Assembly (NCBI GenBank): GCA_029862975.1
Contig: JAOTWP010000001.1
Span: 11,676-75,675, forward strand
Direction: 5' to 3'
Length of the DNA stretch: 64,000 nt
Source: Acidobacteriota bacterium
GTDB taxonomy: Bacteria > Acidobacteriota > Thermoanaerobaculia > Multivoradales > JAHEKO01
A model generated the notes under the pieces. The model did not search any database. It was given only the letters and a program-made list of their open reading frames with translations, and was not told the DNA's origin. The number at the start of each line of letters is the position of its first letter. Positions within the stretch are counted from its first letter, which is position 1. Both the position numbers and the translations under genes were made by a program. This document shows positions 31,667-42,288 of this stretch, piece after piece.

Positions 31667-31921
31667 CGCCGGGTCGCGGTTCGCGCCGCGAGTATAATCG
31701 CCTGAATCCAGGGAGCTTGCCCGGCGCGCCCGGCGGGCTCGCGGAAAGCGCGGCGACCTGGACGGCCGCCGGAGGAGGCTAGACGCCCGCCGCCTCCGGG
31801 ACGTACAAGAGCCAGGCGCACGAGAGCAAGCCGCAAGCCGCCAACCGCGAGCCGCCCGCGACCGGGACCTGCGAGACCGAGACCCACGAGACAAGACCGA
31901 GACCCCCGAGACCGAGCAGCC

Positions 31922-32572
31922 GTGAAGTCACCGACCCTCGTCCATTCCTCCACGCGGGAGCGCGTCCGCCTCTCCGAGCTCTCGGACCGCGACCTGCTGC
32001 TGGCCCTGGCGGCGGGCGACGAGCCGGCGCTCGACGAGCTGATCGCGCGCAAGAGCGGGGCGCTGCTGCAGCTTGCCTGGCGCCTGGTCGGGGATCGCGA
32101 GGAGGCCCGCGACATCGTGCAGCTGACGTTCCTGCGGGCCTGGGAGCATCGCCTGCGCTACGACGAGCGTTTCAGCCCCAACACCTGGCTCTACCGCATC
32201 GCCACCAATCTCGGAATCGACCTGCTCCGCTCGCGCGGCGCGCGCCAGCGGCAGCTCGAGCCCGTGCGGTCGCACTTCGTCCGCCTGGCCGACTCGCGTC
32301 GCAGCAGCGTCGGCGAGCTCGAGGACCGGGAGGTCACGGCGATCCTCCACGAGCTCGCGGGGGCGTTGAGCGAGCGCCAGCGGGCCGTCTTCGTGCTGCG
32401 CGAGGTGGAGGGACTGGCGTCGGCCGAGGTCGCCGACGTCCTGGGCTGTCAGCCCTCGACCGTCCGCAACCACCTCTTCGCGGCCCGCAAGATCCTGCGC
32501 CGCGAGCTGGCGGCGCGCTATCCCGAATACGCGGTCGGCCGCGGGCCCGAGTCCGGGAAGGCCGCCCCGTGA
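31922..32572 (+). CDS. ECF (group 4) RNA polymerase sigma factor
   Basis: Region 2 (DIVQLTFLRAWEH..F..WLYRIATNLGIDLLR) and region 4 (LSERQRAVFVLREVEGLASAEVADVLGCQPSTVRNHL). GTG start. Confidence 0.85.
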   Translation: MKSPTLVHSSTRERVRLSELSDRDLLLALAAGDEPALDELIARKSGALLQLAWRLVGDREEARDIVQLTFLRAWEHRLRYDERFSPNTWLYRIATNLGIDLLRSRGARQRQLEPVRSHFVRLADSRRSSVGELEDREVTAILHELAGALSERQRAVFVLREVEGLASAEVADVLGCQPSTVRNHLFAARKILRRELAARYPEYAVGRGPESGKAAP

Positions 32573-33093
32573 GCTGCCGCGACTGGCGCCGCCTGCTGGC
32601 GCACCGCTTCGATCCGGAGCTGCCGGTGCCGCGGGAGTGGGAGCGGGCGCGGGAGCACCTGGCCGGCTGCCCGAGCTGCCGCCGGGAGGCCGCGGCGATC
32701 GATCCGACCCTCGCCTTCCAAGGGGCGGCGGCCTGGCCGGCCGGCGGCGAGGAGGTCGAGGCTGTCCGGCTCGCCGTGCGGGCCCTGCGCCGGACCGGCC
32801 GGCTGCGCGCCGGCGGCGCCGGCGCGCGCCCGGGAGCCCGCCGCCGGATGGCGTTCGCGGCCTTCTTCGCGGCCCTCCTCGCGATGCTGCCGGCCGTCGT
32901 GGACCGCCACGCCGGCGAGCTCGTCCGGGCCGCGGCCGTCCGCTCGGGCGGCGGGGAGCGCGCGGCGCCGCGGCCGGCCGGACCGGTGGCCAGCGCCATC
33001 GACGGGCTCGACCGGCCGTTGGCTCGGATCTACGAGTGGGGCGCCGAAGACCTCTCGGTCGTGATGGTCGTGGATGAGTCCCTGGACGTGTAG
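32569..33093 (+). CDS. ZAS-type (zf-HC2) membrane anti-sigma factor
   Basis: H-x3-C-x2-C motif (EHLAGCPSC), one TM (MAFAAFFAALLAMLPAVV), GTGA overlap with the sigma factor gene. Confidence 0.75.
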   Translation: MSCRDWRRLLAHRFDPELPVPREWERAREHLAGCPSCRREAAAIDPTLAFQGAAAWPAGGEEVEAVRLAVRALRRTGRLRAGGAGARPGARRRMAFAAFFAALLAMLPAVVDRHAGELVRAAAVRSGGGERAAPRPAGPVASAIDGLDRPLARIYEWGAEDLSVVMVVDESLDV

Positions 33094-33832
33094 CCACCCG
33101 TGGTCCCGGCTTGCCCCGCCCCATCGCCGCTCCCGGCTCGCCCTCCTGTGGATCTCGGCCTGCGTCGCCGGCCTGGCCGCGCCGTCGGCGGCGCTCCAGG
33201 AGCCCGCGCAGCCGCAGCCGCCGAGCCTCGTGATGCAGATCTACGCGCTCCGGCATCGGGCCGCCGGCGAGGCGATCGGCGAGGTCGAGGATCTGCTCTC
33301 CTCGCGCGGCACCCTGGAGCTCCAGCCCGGCGAGAACACGCTCGTCATCCGCGACACGGCGGCCGTGGTGCGGCGGATCGCGGAGCGGCTGCGGGACTTC
33401 GATCGGCCGCCGCGGCGCGTGCGGTTGGAGATCCAGATCGTGCGCGCCGGGGGAGCGGCCGGGGCCGAAGGGCGGGGCCCGGAGCTGCCGGCGGAGCTGG
33501 TGCGGCGGCTCGGCGAGCTGCTGCGTTTCGAGAGCTTCACCTTGCTGGCCCAGGCCGGGCTCGAGATGATGGAAGGCGAGCGCGTCGCGTATCAGTTCGG
33601 GGGCGACTACCGGGTCGAGTTCGAGCTCGGCGTCCTGAGCGCGTCCCATCAGCTACGGCTGCAGGATTTCATCGTCGGAGCCGGCCCGGCCGATGACCCG
33701 CGACCCTTGATCCACACCAACCTCAACTTGACGATCGAGCGCCCCATGGTGCTCGGGCTGGCCCAGACCGAGGCCAGCGAGCGCGCCCTCATGGTCGTAC
33801 TGACGAGCCATCTCCTGGAGGACGCTCCCTGA
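33074..33832 (+). CDS. small secreted secretin-like protein (one Secretin_N-like domain plus a short degenerate secretin-like C-region)
   Basis: Signal peptide. IYALRHRAAGEAIGEVEDLLSSRGTLELQPGENTLVIRDTAAVVRRIAERLRDFD resembles a secretin N1 domain. This is followed by VRLEIQIVRAG.., TLLAQAGLEMMEGERVAYQFGG, NLNLTIERPMVLG and ALMVVLTSHLL, which are collinear with secretin-domain landmarks. Confidence 0.55.
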   Translation: MSPWTCSHPWSRLAPPHRRSRLALLWISACVAGLAAPSAALQEPAQPQPPSLVMQIYALRHRAAGEAIGEVEDLLSSRGTLELQPGENTLVIRDTAAVVRRIAERLRDFDRPPRRVRLEIQIVRAGGAAGAEGRGPELPAELVRRLGELLRFESFTLLAQAGLEMMEGERVAYQFGGDYRVEFELGVLSASHQLRLQDFIVGAGPADDPRPLIHTNLNLTIERPMVLGLAQTEASERALMVVLTSHLLEDAP

Positions 33833-33848
33833 GCGGGGAGCCGCGGCC

Positions 33849-35066
33849 ATGCGCTTCATCTGTCGAGTCGGCACACCCGAAGGCAGCGTCGTCGAGCAGG
33901 TCCACGAGGGGCGCGACGCCGCCGCCGTGCGCGGCGACCTCGAGAAGAAAGGGCTCTTCGTCTTCGACGTCCGGCGCCGCGGCCTCCTGGGCGCCCTTTC
34001 CCTGGACATCGGCGGCGGCTCCCGCGGCCGCGTGCCGATCCAGCAGCTGCTGGTCTTCAACCAGGAGCTGATCGCGCTCCTGCGCTCCGGCCTGCCGCTG
34101 CTGCAGTCCATCGAGCTGCTGAAGGACCGCCCGGCGGACGAGGGCTTCCGCCAGGTCCTGGGCGAGGTCCGCGACCGGGTCAAGAGCGGCGAGGCGATGT
34201 CCGACGCCTTCGCCGGCTTCGGCCAGCGCTTTCCGGCGCTCTACGCTCCGACGCTGCAGGCCGGCGAGCGCAGCGGCGAGCTCGAGAGCGTGCTGAAGCG
34301 CTTCGTCCGCTACCAGAAGCTGGTGCTCAGCACCCGCAAGAAGGTCATCTCGGCGCTGATGTACCCGGCGGCCCTGATCGGCCTCTCGCTGGTCCTGATC
34401 CTCGTCATGACCGCTTACGTGCTGCCCAACTTCAGCGATTTCTTCGCCGGGCTGGGCGCCGAGCTGCCGCTCCTGACCCGTGGCGTGATGGTGGTCGCGG
34501 ACTTCCTGCGGGCCAACGCGGTGTGGCTCGCCGGGGGCGCGTTGGCGGCGGTCATCGTGCTGCGCCAGTCGGGGCGAACGGCGGCCGGCCGGCGGCGCCT
34601 CGACGGCTGGAAGCTGTCCGTGCCGTTTCTCGGAGTCGTCTTCGAGCGCATGTCGCTGTCCGAGTTCTGCCGCTCGCTCTCGACCCTGCTCGCGGGCGGC
34701 ATCCCGATCGTACCCTCGCTCGAGACGAGCGTCGGCGCCATCGGCAACGCGGCGGTCCGCGAGCGCCTGGCGCCGCTGCCGGCGGCGGTGCGCGAGGGCA
34801 AGGCGATGGCCGAGGCCCTGCGCTCGACCGGCGTCGGCGAGGATCTGATGATCGACATGGTGCAGGTGGGCGAGGAGACGGGAGCGCTCGACCAGATGCT
34901 CTCCGACGTCTCGGACTTCCTCGACGACGAGGTCGACACCCGCATGCAGAGGATCCTCGGGTTGATCGAGCCGGCGATGTTGATCATCATGGCGATCCTG
35001 GTCGCGATCCTGCTGGTCGCCGTCTATCTGCCGATGTACAGCCTGCTGGGAAGCATCGGGGTCTGA
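33849..35066 (+). CDS. pilC: type IV pilus platform protein (GspF/PilC family)
   Basis: Duplicated T2SSF architecture, three TM segments, LPLLQSIELL and GIPIVPSLE motifs. Confidence 0.9.
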   Translation: MRFICRVGTPEGSVVEQVHEGRDAAAVRGDLEKKGLFVFDVRRRGLLGALSLDIGGGSRGRVPIQQLLVFNQELIALLRSGLPLLQSIELLKDRPADEGFRQVLGEVRDRVKSGEAMSDAFAGFGQRFPALYAPTLQAGERSGELESVLKRFVRYQKLVLSTRKKVISALMYPAALIGLSLVLILVMTAYVLPNFSDFFAGLGAELPLLTRGVMVVADFLRANAVWLAGGALAAVIVLRQSGRTAAGRRRLDGWKLSVPFLGVVFERMSLSEFCRSLSTLLAGGIPIVPSLETSVGAIGNAAVRERLAPLPAAVREGKAMAEALRSTGVGEDLMIDMVQVGEETGALDQMLSDVSDFLDDEVDTRMQRILGLIEPAMLIIMAILVAILLVAVYLPMYSLLGSIGV

Positions 35067-35158
35067 GGGTCCGGGAATGAGAGGCGGGAGCCCGGCTAGA
35101 CGTTCTCACCGGAGTGCCGTAAACCAAGGCGGGGGCCCGCCGGAGAAGGGCCCGTGAC

Positions 35159-36796
<1,638 letters not shown>

Positions 36797-37744
36797 GCGC
36801 CTGCTCGGGCTCGACCCACGACCGGTCCCGCCGCACGTCTTCTCCCTCGAGCGCCGCGAGCTCCTCTACGGGCGGTTCGTGCGCGGCGAGAGCGGCTACG
36901 ACGTCGAGGATTTCGTCGGCGTGGAGCTGCCCGCGGGGCTCTTCGCCGCGGGTCCGCTGGGCGGCCCGATGCACGACGCAGGCCTGTTCAAGCCGCTCGT
37001 CCACGAGCTGGTGCGTGGCGTGCGGGGGAGCGTTGCCGAGGCGTCGTTGGTCCTCCCGGACGCCTGGCTGCGGCTGGCCTTCGCGGAGGTCGACGAGCTG
37101 CCGTCGAGAGGCGCCCGCCGCGACGAGGTCCTGCGCTGGAAGCTGAGACGCCAGGTGCCCTTTCGGGTCGAGGACCTGCGCCTCCGAGGCGTCGAGGTGG
37201 CGCCGCTGCCGGCGCAGCAGGAAAAGCACCGCGTGCTCCTCGGGTTCGGAATCGATCAGCTGCTGCGCCAGGTCGAGGAGGCCTTTGCCTCCTGCGGCGT
37301 GCGCCTGGGCCAGGTGCTCAACGCGAGCCTGGCCAGCGTGGACTCCGTGCGGGAGGTCGTCGGCGACGTCGACCTCGCCGCGCTGGTGCTCGTGGCGGCG
37401 GACGGCTACAGCCTCACGTTCACCCGTCGGGGCGAGCCCCTGCTCCACCGCTTTCGGGCCCTCGACACGGAGACCGGGGGAGACACGGTCGCCCGCCTGG
37501 TGCTCAGGGACCTGAAGCTGACCGGGACGTTCCTCGGCGATCAGCTGCCGGACTCTGAGCTGGGGCGCGTGCTGCTCGTCTGCCAGCCGGCTCGGGCGCG
37601 CTTCTGGCTCGACAGCCTCGAGCGAGGCCTGGGGCACAGGGCCGTCGCGCTCGGGCGCGAGCAGCTGCCGCTCCAGGGGCGGCTGCCCGACGCGTCCGCG
37701 GCCGTGCTGGCTCCCATGCTCGGGGCGGTCCGCAGGGAGGTCGC

Positions 37745-38533
37745 TTGATCCGCGGCCCCAACCTCGCGGCGCAGCCGTTCGCCAACCGGCGCCCCGTGCT
37801 GCGGGCGGCGGCGCTCCTCGCGCTTGCCGCGATCGCTTTCTCGGTGGCCAACGTCTGGCTCTACTGGCGCCATTTCGCCGGCCGGGGAGAGCAGGTCACC
37901 GAGCTGGGGGAGCTGGCGGCGAGCACGGCGGAGGAGCGCGCGGCACTCGCCGCGGCGCTCGCCGTGGTCGCCGGCTTCGACGTCGATTGGCAGCAGGCCC
38001 AGATCACCTTCCTCAATGCCAGGATCGCCGAGCGCACCTTCGCCTGGAGCGCGCTCTTCGACGATCTGGCCGAGGTCCTGCCGCGCGCCGTGCGCATCGA
38101 GCGGGTCACGCCCCAGCTCGTCGCCGAAGGCGGCAGCCGGCGCCGCGGCGACCCGCGCTCGGCAACGGACGAGGTGGCCCTCGAGATCACGGGCAAGGCG
38201 GAGCAGGACGACGCGCTGCTCGAGATGCTCGACGCCTTCTTCGCCCACGAGCGCTTCCGCCGGCCGAGCCTCAAGGTCGAGGCCCGGCAGGGACCTGCCG
38301 GCCAGGTCGGCTACTCGATGAGCGTGGTCTACATGCCGACGCTGCCGGCGACCGCGGCAGGGCCACCCGGCGAAGCGGCGCCCGGAGACGCGGTGCCGGA
38401 GGGCGCGGTGCCGGAGGACGCGGTGCCGGAGGGCGCGGCGCCGGAGGAAGCGGCCCCCGGCGGGGAGGCGCGGGAGGCCCGGGCGGGGCGCGGGCCGGAG
38501 GCGCCGGCCGGCGCGGCGGAGGTGTCGCCGTGA
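37745..38533 (+). CDS. pilN: PilN-like pilus assembly protein with repetitive Pro/Glu/Ala C-terminal tail
   Basis: NLAAQPFANRRP followed by a single TM and coiled coil. TTG start in a TTGA overlap. Confidence 0.7.
   Translation: MIRGPNLAAQPFANRRPVLRAAALLALAAIAFSVANVWLYWRHFAGRGEQVTELGELAASTAEERAALAAALAVVAGFDVDWQQAQITFLNARIAERTFAWSALFDDLAEVLPRAVRIERVTPQLVAEGGSRRRGDPRSATDEVALEITGKAEQDDALLEMLDAFFAHERFRRPSLKVEARQGPAGQVGYSMSVVYMPTLPATAAGPPGEAAPGDAVPEGAVPEDAVPEGAAPEEAAPGGEAREARAGRGPEAPAGAAEVSP
38387..38461 (+). repeat. in-frame 15-bp tandem repeat (about 5 copies) encoding (D/G)AVPE pentapeptides in the PilN-like C-terminus
   Basis: Read directly: gacgcggtgccggag / ggcgcggtgccggag / gacgcggtgccggag / ggcgcggcgccggag / gaagcggcccccggc. 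Confidence 0.8.
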
Positions 38534-39141
38534 CCCTCGTGGCCTGGAAGCGCGAGACGCGGCTCTGGCTGCCGGCGCTCGTCCTGCTGCTCGTCAACGT
38601 CGGCGCCTACGTCGCCTATCGCGCCCTCTACGCCGGCGAGGCGCAGAGCCGCAGAACCGAGGTCGCGCGCGCCCGCGCGGAGTACGAACGGGTGGTCGGG
38701 CAGCGCGAGCGGGCGCAGGCGCTGGCGGCGCAGGCGGTCGAGAACCAGGAGCGTCTCGAGGCTCTCTACCGGGATCGTTTCATGACCCAGGAGCAGCGCA
38801 TCACGCGCGTGATCGCGGAGGTCAAGGAGCTCACCCAGAAGGCCGGCCTCGACCCGCCGGCGATCCGCTACCCCGACGAGCCGATCGAGAGCCTCGGCCT
38901 CGTCAAGCGGTCGATCGTGTTCGGCGTCGAGGGCTCCTACCAGGCGTTGCGGACGTTCATCAACCTCCTCGAGCGGACGGAATCGTTCGTCATCCTGGAG
39001 GAGATCCGGCCGGGAGAGCGGGCGGACGGCCGCAGCAGCCGGCTGAGCATCGACCTCAAGGTCGCCACGTTCTTTCTCGACGACGGCGTCGATCCGGCGG
39101 CCCTGGCGCGGAGCCGCGACGCCGTGGGGGCGGCGCGGTGA
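38530..39141 (+). CDS. pilO: PilO-like pilus assembly protein
   Basis: Single TM, coiled coil, C-terminal alpha/beta domain. GTGA overlap with pilN. In frame with track ORF 37987..39141. Confidence 0.65.
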   Translation: MTLVAWKRETRLWLPALVLLLVNVGAYVAYRALYAGEAQSRRTEVARARAEYERVVGQRERAQALAAQAVENQERLEALYRDRFMTQEQRITRVIAEVKELTQKAGLDPPAIRYPDEPIESLGLVKRSIVFGVEGSYQALRTFINLLERTESFVILEEIRPGERADGRSSRLSIDLKVATFFLDDGVDPAALARSRDAVGAAR

Positions 39142-39704
39142 GCGACGCGCAACGGCAGAAGCAGCTGCTGGCCGCGCTCCTCGTGGTGCTCGCCGGCACC
39201 GTCGGGTACCGGGTTCTCGGGGGCGTGGGCGGCGGCGGTCCCGGCGCCCGGGCGGCGCGGCCGGCCGCGATCGAGCGGGACCTGGCGGCGATCGAGATGC
39301 AGCGCCTGGACCTCGAGGCCCTGCAGCGCGAGGGCGCGGCGTACACTCCGGGCCGCGATCCGTTCCGCTACGGTGAAGCCCCGGCGCCGCCGCCGCCGCC
39401 GCCGCCGCCGAAAGCCCCACCGCGGCGCGCCGATGCGCGGCCGAAGGCGCCACCGGCGCGCCCGGCGCGGGCGACGCCGGAGGCGCCGAAGCCGCCCGCG
39501 GTCGATTTCGTCTACCTCGGCAGCTTCGGGCCCCAGGAGCGCCGGATCGCCGTTTTCGCCAAGAACGACGAGATCTACAACGCCTTCGTCGGGGAGGTTC
39601 TGCTGGATCGATTCATCGTGGATAAGATCGGCTTCGAGTCGGCAGACATCAAGTTTGTCGGGTTCCCGGACGCCCCCGAGACGCGCCTCCAGGCGGGCGG
39701 TTGA
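39138..39704 (+). CDS. pilP: PilP-like pilus assembly protein with poly-proline linker
   Basis: TM/signal sequence, RDPFRY motif, P-rich linker, C-terminal beta domain (VYLGSFG..RIAVF..VGEVLLDRFIVDKI). GTGA overlap. Confidence 0.65.
   Translation: MSDAQRQKQLLAALLVVLAGTVGYRVLGGVGGGGPGARAARPAAIERDLAAIEMQRLDLEALQREGAAYTPGRDPFRYGEAPAPPPPPPPPKAPPRRADARPKAPPARPARATPEAPKPPAVDFVYLGSFGPQERRIAVFAKNDEIYNAFVGEVLLDRFIVDKIGFESADIKFVGFPDAPETRLQAGG
39386..39410 (+). repeat. (CCG/GCC)n trinucleotide run encoding poly-Pro in the PilP-like gene
   Basis: Read directly: gccgccgccgccgccgccgccgccg, encoding PPPPPPPP. Confidence 0.85.
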
Positions 39705-39710
39705 GGAAGG

Positions 39711-42257
39711 ATGGAGTGGATGAGAGCTGACCGGAAGATCCTGCTGCTGCTGGTGGTGCTGGCGGCGCTCGGCTGCTCGGGCTATCGCAGCTTCCGCGAG
39801 GCGCAGATCGCGGAGCGCCGCGGCGACTGGGATCAGGCCGTGCTGCACTACCTCGAGCTCGTCGATCAGTACCCCGGCAACATCTCCTACAAGGCGGGGC
39901 TCCTGCGCTCGAGGATCGCGGCGTCGCAGGAGCACTTCGACCGGGCCAAGAAGCTCCATGAGGTCGGCGCCCTCGAGCAGGCCCGCAAGGAGTACCTCCA
40001 GACCCTCCAGCTCGACCCGTCGAATCAGTACGCCCAGGTGGAGTTCGAGAAGGTCCTGGAGTCGTTGGCGGCGGCCGACGGCAGCGGCGCTTCGCTGTCC
40101 ATCGACGACCTCAAGGCGAGGACCAAGGCCGAGAGCGGCGGGCCACCCGTGCTCAATCCGCGGTCGAACGAGCCGATCTCTCTCAACTTCCCGAACAAGG
40201 TCAGCCTGCGCGACATCTACCGCGCGCTCGGCCAGGCCTTCGGCATCAACATCCAGTTCGACTCGCGGCTGCGCGACAAGCAGATGGAGATCGAGCTCGA
40301 GGAGGTCACCGCGCAGGAGGCTCTCGAGTTCGTCATGAAGGCGGCGGGGCACTTCTACAAGGTGCTCAACGAGACGACGATCATCGTCATCGAGGACAAC
40401 ACCCAGAACCGGCGCGAGTACGAGGAGCAGGTCATCCAGACCTTCTTCCTCTCGAACGCCGAGGTGAAGGAGATGCTCACCCTGCTGCGCAGCCTGGTGG
40501 GCACGAAGAACATCGCCTCGAACGACCAGCTCAACGCCATCGTGCTGCGCGACTCGGCGGACGCCGTCAAAGTGGCGGAGCGCATCATCTCGGCCAACGA
40601 CAAGGCGCGCGGCGAGGTCGTCGTCGACGTCGAGCTGCTGCAGATCAACACCAGCAAGATGCGGGAGCTCGGAGTCGAGCTCAGCCAGTACTCGGTGCTC
40701 CAGAACCTGGACCAGGATCCGCCGCTGCGGGTGTCCGATCTCGAGTTCCTGAACCAGCAGAACTGGGAGATCACGCTGCCCGGCTTCATCTACAACTTCG
40801 TCAAGACGAGCTCCGAGGCGCAGCTGCTGGCCAGCCCGCAGATCCGGATCAGCGACGGCGAGCAGGCCAATCTCACGATCGGCGACCGCGTGCCGATCCC
40901 GGTGACCACGTTCAACTCGCAGACCGCCCAGGGTGGCGGGATCGTCCCGATCACCTCGTTCCAGTACCAGGACGTCGGCATCCGCCTGGAGCTCGAGCCG
41001 CGGATCCATCACAACAATGAGATCACGCTCACCATCCAGGTGGAGGTCTCGAGCCTCGCGGGCTTCAACACCGAGGGCCAGCCGACCATCAGCACCCGCA
41101 ACATCCAGTCGACGATCCGGCTCAAGGACGGCGAGACGAACTTCCTCGCGGGCCTCATTCGCAGCGACGAGACCAGCGGCGAGAGCGGCGTTCCCGGTCT
41201 TTCGGACATCCCGATCCTGGGTCGCTTCTTCTCGAAGAAGAGCACCGACAAGCGGCGCACCGACCTCGTGCTGACCTTGACGCCGCACATCATCCGCCGG
41301 CCGGACATCACGGGCGACGACCTGCGGCCGCTGTGGGTCGGCACGGAGGGGAACCTGACGTTCCGGGGCGGCAGCCCGCGGGTCGAGTCCGAGGTCGAGG
41401 GTCCGTTCGACGAGGACGACTCCGTCGAGGAGAACGAGCGCATCCGCGACCTCATCCGGCGGCGCATCGAGTCCCTGCCGCAGGGACTGCGGGACGAGGC
41501 CGAGCCGGAGCTGACCCCGGGCGTGGATCTCGTGCCCGCGACGGCGCCGAGCGATCCGTTCGCCGACGACGACGGCTCCGACGACGACGACGGCAGCCCG
41601 CGCGGGCTGGCGTCGCTTCCCGGGGGCGGCGGCCTCGAGGACCGGGCTCCCGGCCGCGCCGATCCCGGCTCCGGAGAGCTCGGGGCCCGGGTGTGGGGCG
41701 CGTGGGCGGCCTATCCCCAGGCCGGCGACGTCCCCGTCGAGGTCGTCGACGCCGGCGTCGCGGCGGCCACGCCGCCGGTGCGCCTGTCGCTCGCCACGCG
41801 GCGGGCGGAGGTCGAGGTCGGCGCCGAGGTCGAGGTGGTCGTGCGCGCGCAGGCCGCGGCCGCCGTCTCCCACCTGCCGATGACCCTGCGCTTCGACCCC
41901 GGCCGGCTGGAGGTGGTGGCGGTCGACCGCGGCGATTTCCTGGGACCGCAGAGCGTCGCGAGCCTGCTGTCCGACATCACCCGCCCCGGCCACGTGATGC
42001 TGGGTCCGAGCCGCCTGGGCGACCGCCCGGGGGTAGCGGGGGAGGGCGACGTGGCGCGGATCCGCTTCCGGCCGCTGCGCGAGGGAGAGGCACGGATCCG
42101 CTTCGCGGACGCCGCCGCTCTCGACCGCGAGCTCGGCGAGATGGCCGTGGCGCGCGAGGGGCTCGCTCTCCACGTGGTGCCGGCCGGCACGCTGCCGCCC
42201 GACGAGCGCGAATGGGAGCCCCCGGTGGTGGATCGCCCCGGCGTCGATCGGCAGTGA
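39711..42257 (+). CDS. pilQ: type IV pilus/T2SS-family secretin with N-terminal lipoprotein TPR module and C-terminal cohesin-like domain
   Basis: Lipobox-like LAALGC. Two TPR-like repeats (RGDWDQAVLHYLELVDQYPGN; ALEQARKEYLQTLQLDPSN). STN/N0 and Secretin_N domains. Secretin core ending in GVPGLSDIPILGRFFSKK..LVLTLTPHII. This is followed by an acidic linker and about 140 aa of cohesin-like sequence (VGAEVEVVV..LPMTLRFDPGRLEVVAVDRGDFL..GDVARIRFRPLREGEARIRF). Confidence 0.85.
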   Translation: MEWMRADRKILLLLVVLAALGCSGYRSFREAQIAERRGDWDQAVLHYLELVDQYPGNISYKAGLLRSRIAASQEHFDRAKKLHEVGALEQARKEYLQTLQLDPSNQYAQVEFEKVLESLAAADGSGASLSIDDLKARTKAESGGPPVLNPRSNEPISLNFPNKVSLRDIYRALGQAFGINIQFDSRLRDKQMEIELEEVTAQEALEFVMKAAGHFYKVLNETTIIVIEDNTQNRREYEEQVIQTFFLSNAEVKEMLTLLRSLVGTKNIASNDQLNAIVLRDSADAVKVAERIISANDKARGEVVVDVELLQINTSKMRELGVELSQYSVLQNLDQDPPLRVSDLEFLNQQNWEITLPGFIYNFVKTSSEAQLLASPQIRISDGEQANLTIGDRVPIPVTTFNSQTAQGGGIVPITSFQYQDVGIRLELEPRIHHNNEITLTIQVEVSSLAGFNTEGQPTISTRNIQSTIRLKDGETNFLAGLIRSDETSGESGVPGLSDIPILGRFFSKKSTDKRRTDLVLTLTPHIIRRPDITGDDLRPLWVGTEGNLTFRGGSPRVESEVEGPFDEDDSVEENERIRDLIRRRIESLPQGLRDEAEPELTPGVDLVPATAPSDPFADDDGSDDDDGSPRGLASLPGGGGLEDRAPGRADPGSGELGARVWGAWAAYPQAGDVPVEVVDAGVAAATPPVRLSLATRRAEVEVGAEVEVVVRAQAAAAVSHLPMTLRFDPGRLEVVAVDRGDFLGPQSVASLLSDITRPGHVMLGPSRLGDRPGVAGEGDVARIRFRPLREGEARIRFADAAALDRELGEMAVAREGLALHVVPAGTLPPDEREWEPPVVDRPGVDRQ

Positions 42258-42288
42258 CGGCGCGGCGGCGGCACGGGATGGGTCGGAG

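Noticed and set aside
31693-31698. Perfect TATAAT hexamer in the waaA/ECF-sigma divergent intergenic region, as a sigma-70 promoter.
   Set aside because: There is no acceptable -35 or extended -10 (TGn) at the right spacing, and it lies more than 220 nt from the sigma factor start. It is kept only as a possibility and not called as a feature.
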